This document shows positions 1 to 9,057 of a stretch of DNA of 64,000 nt, piece by piece; the first letter of the stretch is position 1; each line of letters opens with the position of its first letter. Source of the stretch: an uncultured Bacteroidales bacterium. Its GTDB lineage: Bacteria > Bacteroidota > Bacteroidia > Bacteroidales > WCHB1-69. The DNA lies in the NCBI GenBank assembly GCA_905233625.1, contig CAJOFJ010000004.1:3130-67129 (forward strand), given 5' to 3'. The position numbers and the translations under genes are program-made. The notes beneath the pieces are model-generated. The model searched no databases, was not told the origin of the DNA, and saw only the letters and a list, made by a program, of their open reading frames with translations.

Positions 1-297
1 AAACAAGGTGATTTAGGAGATCGTCTTGAAAAGACCGCCAGGAATTTTGATGGCAAATGGGGTACAAATACTTATTCCTACGAATATTACTCCAATTATC
101 CTGAGGAATACAGTTCAGAACAAATTGACAGCATTGTTCAACCAATACTTAATGATTTGAGCGATGATAAAGACTACGATGTATTCATCCAATCGGATCC
201 CGGCTCCGGTACAACTGTTCGTATCTCCAGTAAAAGCAACAAGAAACACTCCTCCGAACAACATGTCCCTGTTGATACAATAAGCGTCCAGGAATAA
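1..297 (+). CDS. 3' end of hypothetical protein (5'-truncated by window edge)
   Basis: Frame 1 is open from base 1 to TAA at 295-297 (KQGDLGDRLEK...DTISVQE*), co-oriented with the downstream operon. Confidence 0.6.
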   Translation, partial: KQGDLGDRLEKTARNFDGKWGTNTYSYEYYSNYPEEYSSEQIDSIVQPILNDLSDDKDYDVFIQSDPGSGTTVRISSKSNKKHSSEQHVPVDTISVQE

Positions 298-327
298 CGT
301 TAAAAATATCAGAATAATCAAACTGTT

Positions 328-1033
328 ATGCTGATCGAATTACAAGGCATTCACAAAACCTACGACAACGGACAGCCGCTGCATGTGCTGAAAGGCATCG
401 ACCTCAGCATCGACAAAGGCGAGTTTGTCTCCATCATGGGCGCTTCCGGCTCGGGGAAATCCACCCTGCTGAATATTCTCGGCATCCTGGACAATTACGA
501 CGAGGGAGAATACCATATTGACGGTAAACTGATCAAAAACCTGAGCGAGAAAGAGGCTGCGCATTACCGCAACCAGATGATAGGCTTTGTGTTCCAATCG
601 TTCAACCTCATCAATTTTAAAACAGCCATCGAGAATGTGGAATTGCCGCTGTTTTACCAAGGGGTAAGCCGCAAAGAACGTCACGACTTGGCCATGCACT
701 ATCTTGAGCGTTTCGGTTTGGCTGATTGGGCATCGCATTATCCCAACGAGATGTCGGGCGGACAGAAGCAGCGTGTAGCCATTGCCCCCTAGTATTTTGC
801 TGGCCGACGAGCCTACCGGTGCCCTCGACTCCAAAACCTCTGTGGAAGTGATGGAGCTGCTGACCCAACTCAACCGTGAGGAGAAAGTCACCATCATTGT
901 GGTGACCCACGAAAGCGGAGTGGCCAACTGCACCGACAAAATCATCCATATCAAGGACGGCATCATTGGCGAAACCACCATCAATACTGAACACCACGCT
1001 TCCGTTTTCGGCAGCGACACTATTATGAAATAA
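328..1033 (+). pseudogene. ABC transporter ATP-binding protein (LolD/MacB type), frameshifted near 786
   Basis: Walker A GASGSGKS and signature [12 protein letters not shown] in ORF 328-792; Walker B ILLADEPTGALD and H-loop VVTH in ORF 782-1033; the usual RAL..P linker is missing, implying a short deletion (real or assembly error). Confidence 0.85.
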
Positions 1034-1063
1034 AGCACTTTAATACCATAAGATACACTACGC

Positions 1064-2332
1064 ATGAAAGACCTGTTTATCGAAATATGGGAATCACTGA
1101 AACGCAACAAACTGCGGACAGCCCTCACCGGTTTCGCAGTGGCGTGGGGTATCTTCATGCTGATTGTACTTTTGGGTGCCGGCAACGGCCTGATGAACGC
1201 TTTCATGCACAACGGGCGCGATTTCGCCTCCAACACCATGATGATTTTTGGCGGCTATACCACCCAACCTTACGATGGACTAGAACAAGGCCGGGATATC
1301 AGGTTGAACGACAAGGATATTCAGTTAACTGAAAGTCCGCTGTTTGCCAATCATATTGACGAAGTGACCGCCAATCTTATACAAGGGCCTTATCCACTGG
1401 TATGGAAAAATAAAAGTGTCTCCATCAGCCTCTCGGGCAGTTATCCCAAAATCGCCGAAATGGATAAAATCACAATTCAAGAGGGCCGATTTATCAACGA
1501 TATAGACATGCAGCTACGGAGAAAAACAGCGGTCATTGCCAGCACTCACGCCAAGCAACTGCTGAACGGCGGCACAGACTATGCTTATTTTATCGGCAAA
1601 CAGCTGAAAATAGGAAACTCAATGTATCAGATTGTGGGCATCTACAAAGCGCAGGAAAACATGCGCAACAACGATGTCTATGTTCCGTTCACCACCATGC
1701 AGATGCTCACCAACAACTACAATTACGAAGACCACATCGTCTTTACCTTCCATGGCTTGAATACCGAGCAGGAAAACGAGGAGTTTGAGCAGCAATACAG
1801 AGCGGTGCTCAACCAGTCGCACCGTGCCGCCCCTGACGACGACGGTGCAATATGGATATGGAACCGCTTCACCCAGAACTTGCAAATGGACAAAGGCACG
1901 AGCATTCTGCGCAAAGCCCTATGGATTATCGGCATTTTAACACTATTAGGCGGTATTGTAGGGGTATCAAATATCATGCTGATAACAGTGAAAGAAAGAA
2001 CACACGAGTTCGGCATCCGCAAAGCCATTGGTGCTACACCGACATCTATCATGAAACTCATTGTAGCCGAAAGTGTTACCATCACAGCCTTGTTTGGTTA
2101 CATTGGCATGATTCTCGGCTTGGTGGCCTGTGAAATCATGGACGTCACGGTAGGAAAATCCTCGTTAGAGATGTTCGGAGAGAAAGTCAGCGTGTTTGTT
2201 GACCCGACGGTAGGCTTGGATGTGGCTTTCGGAGTAACACTTGTACTGATTATCGCCGGCACCATCGCCGGACTCTCCCCCGCCATGAAAGCGGCTCGCA
2301 TACGACCGATAGAAGCACTTAGAAATGAATGA
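1064..2332 (+). CDS. ABC transporter permease (MacB/FtsX family)
   Basis: N-terminal RNKLRTALTG + TM, periplasmic domain, GVSNIMLITVKERTHEFGIRKAIGA, C-terminal PIEALRNE. Confidence 0.93.
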   Translation: MKDLFIEIWESLKRNKLRTALTGFAVAWGIFMLIVLLGAGNGLMNAFMHNGRDFASNTMMIFGGYTTQPYDGLEQGRDIRLNDKDIQLTESPLFANHIDEVTANLIQGPYPLVWKNKSVSISLSGSYPKIAEMDKITIQEGRFINDIDMQLRRKTAVIASTHAKQLLNGGTDYAYFIGKQLKIGNSMYQIVGIYKAQENMRNNDVYVPFTTMQMLTNNYNYEDHIVFTFHGLNTEQENEEFEQQYRAVLNQSHRAAPDDDGAIWIWNRFTQNLQMDKGTSILRKALWIIGILTLLGGIVGVSNIMLITVKERTHEFGIRKAIGATPTSIMKLIVAESVTITALFGYIGMILGLVACEIMDVTVGKSSLEMFGEKVSVFVDPTVGLDVAFGVTLVLIIAGTIAGLSPAMKAARIRPIEALRNE

Positions 2333-2415
2333 GAAGCTGTGTGCGATGAGCGATGAGCTCACACCCCATAGCTCACAGCCCACAGCAAAATAAACAACTC
2401 AACAATTCAACAGTA
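2333..2415. repeat. Short heptamer-repeat inverted element (GCGATGA-type / GCTCACA-type units)
   Basis: GCTGTGT GCGATGA GCGATGA followed by GCTCACA CCCCATA GCTCACA GCCCACA, then CAACAATTCAACA; same unit types as 33296-33660. Confidence 0.7.
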
Positions 2416-3648
2416 ATGAAATTCGACTTGGACAGCTACAAAGAAATCTCTGACTCGCTGATGCGGAACAAACGGCGGAGTTTCCTCACCGGCTTCGGCA
2501 TTTTCTGGGGCTTGTTCATGCTGTTGTTCCTCATCGGAGGCGGAAACGGACTGAAGCAGTTGCTTTCCAAAAATTTCTCGGGCTTCGCCACCAACACCAT
2601 CATTATGGGGGCGGGCCAGACAGGCAAGCCGTACAAGGGTTTTGAGGAAGGACGTTACTGGCAATTGGAGTTCAATGACGTAGAACGGTTGAAACATCTA
2701 TTTCCCGAATTAGCCATCATCACCCCGCAACTGTCGCAATGGGGTGTGGTCGCTGTCAACGAAGGCTATACGGTCAACAGCAACATGCTGGGAGCGGAGG
2801 CCGACTATCAGTATGTAGAAACCCCGATACTGAAATATGGACGTTACCTCAACAATGTGGATATACAACAGCACCGGAAGGTATGTGTCATCGGCAAACA
2901 GATTTACCAGTCGCTGTTTCCGGAAGGCGGTGACCCCTGCGGACAGTTCATCAGTGTGAACTCTGTTTATTATCAAGTAATTGGAGTGAATTACAGCAGC
3001 TCCAACATCAACATCAATGGCCGAAGCGAAGAAAGTGTTACCGTGCCCATTACAGTTTTACGTGACATTCTTAACACGGGAGATGCGGTCGGAATGATTT
3101 GCATGGTGGGACGAGACGGTGTGAAGATGAGCGACATGGAACCCCGCATCCGCCAAGCTGTCTACCGCAAGCATACCATTGCACCTGACGATGACGAGGC
3201 GCTTTTTATGCTCAACATGGAACCAATTTTCAAGATAATTGATAACCTTTTCAAAGGAGTGAATTTCCTGATTTGGTTAGTTGGTATCGGCACCTTGCTG
3301 GCCGGCGCCATTGGGGTGAGCAACATCATGATGGTGGTGGTGAAAGAGCGCACCATCGAAATCGGCATCCGCAGGGCCATTGGAGCCACACCTTTCGACA
3401 TTCTGTTCCAGATTGTCATGGAAGGCATCGTACTCACTTTGATAGCGGGCCTGTCGGCCATCGTGTTCTCGGTATTCATGCTGAATGCGCTTGAAGTAAT
3501 CGCTCACCATGAAACCGCCTTCCAGATTAATTTTGGCACGGCGATATCAGCCTTTTTCCTGCTTACCATACTCGGCATATTAGCGGGCATTGCCCCGGCC
3601 TACCGAGCCATGCATATAAAACCTGTGGATGCGATGAGAGATGAATAG
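2416..3648 (+). CDS. ABC transporter permease (MacB/FtsX family), second paralog
   Basis: Likely start ATG 2416 (MKFDLD); RNKRRSFLTG, GVSNIMMVVVKERTIEIGIRRAIGA, PVDAMRDE. Confidence 0.92.
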   Translation: MKFDLDSYKEISDSLMRNKRRSFLTGFGIFWGLFMLLFLIGGGNGLKQLLSKNFSGFATNTIIMGAGQTGKPYKGFEEGRYWQLEFNDVERLKHLFPELAIITPQLSQWGVVAVNEGYTVNSNMLGAEADYQYVETPILKYGRYLNNVDIQQHRKVCVIGKQIYQSLFPEGGDPCGQFISVNSVYYQVIGVNYSSSNININGRSEESVTVPITVLRDILNTGDAVGMICMVGRDGVKMSDMEPRIRQAVYRKHTIAPDDDEALFMLNMEPIFKIIDNLFKGVNFLIWLVGIGTLLAGAIGVSNIMMVVVKERTIEIGIRRAIGATPFDILFQIVMEGIVLTLIAGLSAIVFSVFMLNALEVIAHHETAFQINFGTAISAFFLLTILGILAGIAPAYRAMHIKPVDAMRDE

Positions 3649-3650
3649 AT

Positions 3651-3723
3651 GTAGAGACGTTAAGACGTGGAGGCGGGGAGACATGCACTGCGTGCATTCG
3701 GGGAGACGGGAAGACATGAAGAA
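3651..3723. repeat. Degenerate octamer tandem repeats interrupted by a small palindrome
   Basis: GTAGAGAC GTTAAGAC GTGGAGGC GGGGAGAC, then ATGCAC-tgc-GTGCAT, then GGGGAGAC GGGAAGAC ATGAAGAA. Confidence 0.55.
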
Positions 3724-3729
3724 ACAAAT

Positions 3730-3778
3730 TCCCCTTCTATTAGAAGGGGTGGCCGAAGGCCGGGGTAGTGACGTAAAT
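3730..3778 (+). repeat. REP-like double-hairpin element, copy 1
   Basis: CCCCTTCT-att-AGAAGGGG t GGCC-gaa-GGCC GGGGTAGTGACGTAAAT; near-identical copy on the minus strand at 42456-42506. Confidence 0.75.
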
Positions 3779-3803
3779 GTAAAATACAAATAATAAAAAC
3801 ACA

Positions 3804-4883
3804 ATGAAAAAAGGACTCAAAATTATCATTTTCACGCTGATTGGCCTGATTTTTATCGGCACTTTCGTTTTTCTGTTTCAGAAATCCAGAAAAAAAGAAA
3901 TTCAGTATAACGCGAAGATGGATATTCAGCGGGAGGCTTTGATTACTGGCAAAATCAGTCCCCGCAATGAGGTGGCCATCAAGCCGCAAATCAACGGCAT
4001 CATTGCCGAACTATACAAGGAAGCGGGACAGGAAGTGAAAGAAAACGAGGTGATTGCCAAACTGAAGGTGATTCCCGACATGAACTCGCTGAGTGCAGCC
4101 CAAAGCCGTGTGCGACTGGCGGAAATCAACTACGAACAGGCTTTGAGCAATTACAAGCGGGAAAAGGCCCTTTACGACCAGAAGCTGATCAGCCAGGAAT
4201 CCTTTGAGCAAACCACACAACTGCTGAACCAAGCTCGCGAGGAGAAATCGGCAGCCCAAGACGCTTTGGAGATTATCCGCGATGGTGTGTCCTCCTCCAA
4301 CGCCACTTCCAGCTCCACCCTGGTGCGCTCCACCATTTCGGGATTGATTCTGGATATTCCTGTCAAGGTGGGTAACTCTGTCATCCAGGCCAATACCCTT
4401 AACGATGGTACCACCGTGGCCACCATCGCCAACATGAACGACCTGATTTTCACGGGCAGTGTAGACGAAACCGAAGTGGGCACACTCCAGGAGGGCATGC
4501 CGCTGATTATCACCATCGGGGCCTTGCAAAACCTGAGTTTTGAAGCCACTTTGGAATACATCGCACCCAAAGCGACCGAGAGCAACGGCACCAACAAATT
4601 TGAGATCAAAGCCGCCGTATTGCCGCAGAAAGAGCACAAAATACGTTCCGGTTACAGTGCCAACGCCAAAATCATTCTTGAACAGGCCCCCGATGTATTA
4701 GCCATCCCCGAAAGTGCCCTCGAATTTGAAGGCGATTCAACCTTTGTCTATGTCAAAAAGGACGGCAACTTTACCCGACAGGCTGTCACCACGGGTTTGA
4801 GCGATGGCATCAACATTCAGATTACCAATGGGTTGAAAGAAGGCGATAAGGTCAGAGGTTCACAAATCATCTTCGATAAATAA
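3804..4883 (+). CDS. Efflux transporter periplasmic adaptor (MFP/HlyD family)
   Basis: N-terminal TM anchor, IKPQINGIIAELY lipoyl half-motif, coiled coil, VRSTISG, VDETEVG, VTTGLSDG. Confidence 0.92.
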   Translation: MKKGLKIIIFTLIGLIFIGTFVFLFQKSRKKEIQYNAKMDIQREALITGKISPRNEVAIKPQINGIIAELYKEAGQEVKENEVIAKLKVIPDMNSLSAAQSRVRLAEINYEQALSNYKREKALYDQKLISQESFEQTTQLLNQAREEKSAAQDALEIIRDGVSSSNATSSSTLVRSTISGLILDIPVKVGNSVIQANTLNDGTTVATIANMNDLIFTGSVDETEVGTLQEGMPLIITIGALQNLSFEATLEYIAPKATESNGTNKFEIKAAVLPQKEHKIRSGYSANAKIILEQAPDVLAIPESALEFEGDSTFVYVKKDGNFTRQAVTTGLSDGINIQITNGLKEGDKVRGSQIIFDK

Positions 4884-4889
4884 TAAGCC

Positions 4890-6215
4890 ATGAAAAAAAT
4901 ACTGTTCTGTTTTCTGATGAGTTGTGGTCTGCTTTTTGTACATGGGCAGGACAACACCACAAACAAAGGTCCTTGGACGCTGGACGATTGCATCCAATAT
5001 GCCTTGGAGCATAACATCAGCATCAAACAAAGCCAAAACACCTGCCAACAGCGTTCCATCGAGCTGAACACTGCCCGTAACAGCGTATGGCCAGAATTGC
5101 AAGCCAGTGGAAACCAAGGATTTAACTTTGGTCGTGGTCTTTCGGAGGACAACACCTACACCATGAACAGCACTGCCAACACCTCTTTCAGCATTGGGGG
5201 CAGTTTGGACTTGTTCACAGGCTTGAGAGTGAAGAACAACATCACGATGGGCAAACTCAACCTGCAAGCCGCCACCGCCGACTACGAAAAAGCCAAAGAC
5301 AACATCCGCATCTCGGTGATGCAAGCCTTTACGCAAATCCTGTACGACATGGAAATCAGCAAGGTGGCAGCGGAGCAAATCAGCATCGACTCCATGCAAT
5401 TGAACCGACTCCAAGCCATGGAAAAGGCAGGGAAAGCGGGGTCTGCGGAGGTCGCCGCCCAAAAGTCCACACTGGCCCAAAGCCAGCTCACCTACACGCA
5501 AGCTGCCAATCAGCTGAAGCTGGACTTGCTGGAACTTTCGCAGCTGTTGGAATTGAGCAGTCCCGACGGCTTTTCCATCGCTCCTTTGGACATCTCGCAC
5601 TTTTCGGTCAAAGAATTGCCCAGCCCCGAGCAAGTATATGCCCAAGCAGTCGGAGTCAGACCAGAAGTCAAGGCTGAGGAGATCCGCTATGACTACGCCA
5701 AAACCAACATTGCCTTGGCCAAAAGCGGCTATATTCCCACTTTGTCGATGAATGGTGGTATCGGCACCAACTATTATGCGTTGCTGGGCCACCAAAACAA
5801 ATCATTCGGGCAGCAACTCAAGGATAACTTCAGTCCTTACCTGGGTTTCTCGCTATACATCCCCATCTTCGACAAATTGGTGACCCGCAACAATGTTCGT
5901 AGCGCCAAACTGCAACTCAGCAACCAGCAATTGAAGCTGGACAATGTGAAAAAAACGCTGTATAAAGAGATTCAGCAGGCCTATTACGGAGCTGTGAGCG
6001 CACGCGACAAATATAAAAGCAGCAAGACAGCTGCGGAAAGTTCCGAAGAAGCCTTCCTTTTGGAAAAAGCCCGCTATGAGAACGGCAAAGTCACATTAAC
6101 AGAATTCAACGAAGCCAAGAACAATTACCTGAAAGCATCTTCAGACTTAGTGCAAGCACAATACGACTATATCTATAAAGTGCAGTTGTTGGAGTTCTAC
6201 CGGAGCGGAGAGTAA
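4890..6215 (+). CDS. TolC family outer membrane efflux protein
   Basis: Signal peptide, WTLDDCIQYALEHN, PIFD motif, ARYENGK; last gene of the efflux operon. Confidence 0.92.
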   Translation: MKKILFCFLMSCGLLFVHGQDNTTNKGPWTLDDCIQYALEHNISIKQSQNTCQQRSIELNTARNSVWPELQASGNQGFNFGRGLSEDNTYTMNSTANTSFSIGGSLDLFTGLRVKNNITMGKLNLQAATADYEKAKDNIRISVMQAFTQILYDMEISKVAAEQISIDSMQLNRLQAMEKAGKAGSAEVAAQKSTLAQSQLTYTQAANQLKLDLLELSQLLELSSPDGFSIAPLDISHFSVKELPSPEQVYAQAVGVRPEVKAEEIRYDYAKTNIALAKSGYIPTLSMNGGIGTNYYALLGHQNKSFGQQLKDNFSPYLGFSLYIPIFDKLVTRNNVRSAKLQLSNQQLKLDNVKKTLYKEIQQAYYGAVSARDKYKSSKTAAESSEEAFLLEKARYENGKVTLTEFNEAKNNYLKASSDLVQAQYDYIYKVQLLEFYRSGE

Positions 6216-6253
6216 TTGCAATTAACTAATTTGCTAATTTGCCAATAAATTTG

Positions 6254-6261
6254 TATTTTTG
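6254..6261 (+). promoter_or_regulatory. Bacteroidota -7 promoter element (TATTTTTG)
   Basis: Matches TAnnTTTG ~45 nt upstream of the ATG at 6306. Confidence 0.55.
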
Positions 6262-6305
6262 CTTTTTAATTCTTCAAAGAAAAATAATAGCAATACATTC
6301 AGGTC

Positions 6306-7031
6306 ATGTCCATCGCAGTTCATCATGTTTCAAAGGTTTTCGGCACCCAGTATGCCTTAGACGATGTGAGTTTTGAAATCAAAAAAGGAGAGATTGTGGG
6401 CTTCTTAGGTCCCAACGGAGCCGGCAAATCCACCATGATGAAAATCATCACCTCTTTCATTCCCCCTACCAAAGGCGATGTGGAGGTTTGCGGACTGGAC
6501 ATCTGGAACGACTCGTTGGAACTGCGCAAAAAAGTGGGCTACCTGTCCGAAGCCAACCCCTTGTATTACGACATGTATGTGCGTGAATTTCTGGAGTTTA
6601 TCGCAGGAATCCACCAGCTGAAAGACAAAAAGGCAAAAGTGGAGCACATCATCCAGCTGACAGGCCTCGCTCCGGAAATGCACAAGAAAATCGGAGCTCT
6701 GTCGCGTGGTTACAAACAGCGTGTAGGCATTGCCCAAGCTCTCATCCATGACCCGGAAGTGTTGATTTTGGATGAGCCCACCACCGGTCTTGATCCCAAC
6801 CAATTGTTAGAAATCCGTGAACTCATCAGAAAATGCGGCAAAACCAAAACTGTGCTGCTGTCCACCCACATCATGCAGGAAGTGGACATCATCATCAACA
6901 AAGGCAAAATCGTTGCCGACGCCATGATTGATGACATCAGAAAGATGACAGAGAAGATGGGATTCAAGCGTCAGGAAGAACGTGCCACCAATTTGGAAAT
7001 GGAGGAACTCTTCCGCCAACTGACCCGATAG
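6306..7031 (+). CDS. gldA: ABC transporter ATP-binding protein, GldA-like
   Basis: GEIVGFLGPNGAGKSTMMKI, LSRGYKQRVGIAQALIHDPEVLILDEPTTGLDPNQL; STHIMQEV is directly followed by DIIINKG, suggesting a ~6-residue in-frame deletion. Confidence 0.7.
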   Translation: MSIAVHHVSKVFGTQYALDDVSFEIKKGEIVGFLGPNGAGKSTMMKIITSFIPPTKGDVEVCGLDIWNDSLELRKKVGYLSEANPLYYDMYVREFLEFIAGIHQLKDKKAKVEHIIQLTGLAPEMHKKIGALSRGYKQRVGIAQALIHDPEVLILDEPTTGLDPNQLLEIRELIRKCGKTKTVLLSTHIMQEVDIIINKGKIVADAMIDDIRKMTEKMGFKRQEERATNLEMEELFRQLTR

Positions 7032-7086
7032 TCTTTTTTATATTCTTTTGGCTAAATGCCAATACAATAACTTATTAATCAAGCTA

Positions 7087-8835
7087 TTAGCTATTCATTG
7101 ACACGAGGAACTCCTCGTTGCTACGGGTATGTTCCATTCTTTCTTTCAAGAACGTCATGGCCTCCAAAGTGGTCATATCGGCCAGATGATTTCTCAGAAT
7201 CCAAACCTTTTGTAAAACCTCCTGCGGTTGCAGCAAGTCGTCGCGACGGGTACTCGAAGCCACGATATCCACAGCCGGGTAAATTCGTTTGTTGGACAAT
7301 TTTCTATCCAGCTGCAACTCCATATTACCCGTACCCTTGAATTCCTCAAAGATTACCTCATCCATACGGGAACCTGTTTCAATCAAAGCGGTGGAGATAA
7401 TCGTCAGTGAACCACCATTTTCGATGTTACGGGCGGCACCAAAGAAGCGTTTGGGTTTCTGCAAGGCATTGGCCTCCACACCACCCGAAAGCACCTTGCC
7501 TGACGCTGGCGCCATGGTGTTAAACGCTCTGGCCAAACGAGTGATAGAGTCCAATAAAATACACACATCGTGACCGCATTCCACCATGCGTTTCGCTTTT
7601 TCAAGCACCATATTGGCAATACGCACATGGCGTTCTGCCGGTTCGTCAAAGGTAGAGGAAATCACCTCGGCATTTACACTGCGCTGCATGTCAGTTACCT
7701 CTTCCGGACGCTCATCAATCAGGAGGATAATCAAATATATTTCAGGATGGTTGGCGGCAATAGCATTAGCTATCTCCTTCAGTAACACTGTTTTACCAGT
7801 TTTCGGCTGGGCCACAATCAGACCACGCTGACCCTTACCGATGGGGGCAAACAAATCGATGACACGTGTGCTCAACGTCTCTCCCTGATGACCTGTCAAA
7901 CGGATCTTTTTATCCGGGAACATCGGAGTGAGATAATCAAACGGCACACGGTCACGAATTTCTTCAGGATTACGGCCATTGATTTTTTCAATTTTTGTCA
8001 AAGGAAAGAATTTCTCTCCATCTTTCGGCGGACGAATAGCCCCTTTGATGGTATCCCCATTTTTCAGACCAAATAATTTAATCTGAGAAGGAGACACATA
8101 AATATCGTCAGGAGAAGATAAATAATTGTAATCTGAAGAGCGCAGAAAACCGCAGGAATTGTCAGCATTGATTTCCAGCACTCCTTCCGCCGTTACGGAG
8201 CCGTCATAACTGGCATTTTCCACCATACCCCATTGCTCATCGTACACCGTTGTTTTTTCGGCTGTTGCCGGAGCATGTTTTTCCTCTTCCTTTTCTGTTG
8301 TCTCTTCTTCAGCCGATTCATTTTCTTTTGTCAACACCAAATCCACTAATTCTGCCGATTCAAGATTCTTATCCTCAAACGAATCATCGTCCAGCATAAT
8401 ATCATTCAACGCCTTGATATTCGTCTTGTCAATATTCTTGGATTTTTTTCTCTTCCGGGAGTTTTCTTGAGATAATGATTCCACCACTGACATTTCAACA
8501 TTATCATCAAGTGTCAAATCCAGCTGTTTCGAACTTTTCTTTCTTCCCTTTTTAGGTTTCTTCACCTCTTTTTTGTTTCCACTTTCCGACTGAATCAGCT
8601 GTTCCGCACTCAAGTTGGTTTGATCATCAATTTCCGGCACACCGACTGACACTTCTTGCATCTGGGGTTCCTCAACAATGACTTCGGCCAATGGTTGATT
8701 ATCCGTGTCCGAATTTTTTTTATCATTTACAACAACCATTCCGGATGTTATTTTCTTTACATTTGAAGTAGCGACAGGACCTTTGCCAGGGACAGAAATC
8801 CGTTTCCTTTTTGATTTATTTTCAGTAGATTCCAT
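7087..8835 (-). CDS. rho: Transcription termination factor Rho with long charged N-terminal extension
   Basis: [69 protein letters not shown]. Confidence 0.97.
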   Translation of the reverse strand: MESTENKSKRKRISVPGKGPVATSNVKKITSGMVVVNDKKNSDTDNQPLAEVIVEEPQMQEVSVGVPEIDDQTNLSAEQLIQSESGNKKEVKKPKKGRKKSSKQLDLTLDDNVEMSVVESLSQENSRKRKKSKNIDKTNIKALNDIMLDDDSFEDKNLESAELVDLVLTKENESAEEETTEKEEEKHAPATAEKTTVYDEQWGMVENASYDGSVTAEGVLEINADNSCGFLRSSDYNYLSSPDDIYVSPSQIKLFGLKNGDTIKGAIRPPKDGEKFFPLTKIEKINGRNPEEIRDRVPFDYLTPMFPDKKIRLTGHQGETLSTRVIDLFAPIGKGQRGLIVAQPKTGKTVLLKEIANAIAANHPEIYLIILLIDERPEEVTDMQRSVNAEVISSTFDEPAERHVRIANMVLEKAKRMVECGHDVCILLDSITRLARAFNTMAPASGKVLSGGVEANALQKPKRFFGAARNIENGGSLTIISTALIETGSRMDEVIFEEFKGTGNMELQLDRKLSNKRIYPAVDIVASSTRRDDLLQPQEVLQKVWILRNHLADMTTLEAMTFLKERMEHTRSNEEFLVSMNS

Positions 8836-8946
8836 ACAAGTAGAAAAGTAACTGCTATTTTCGATTGATTAAAAAAATGCTTGGGGATAGTTTTGCCATT
8901 GCTTGACGCAATCACGGGTGGACAATCGCCACCTTCAAAACCGCGG

Positions 8947-9015
8947 CAAAAATACAAAAAATTTTTAATATTTCGGTCCAAGCCTCCAAAAATCAAAAAA
9001 AAAGTGATAAATTTG
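8947..9015. promoter_or_regulatory. Divergent -7 promoter elements for rho (8947-8954, minus) and the peptidase (9008-9015, plus)
   Basis: TATTTTTG on the minus strand and TAAATTTG on the plus strand, both matching TAnnTTTG. Confidence 0.55.
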
Positions 9016-9057
9016 CACCCTCAAAATGAAACAACAACAATTGTAATTTTTATGCTT

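Noticed and set aside
786-792. Programmed frameshift or phase variation in the ABC ATPase
   Set aside because: Several conserved residues are missing at the junction, which indicates a deletion rather than slippage in the short C run
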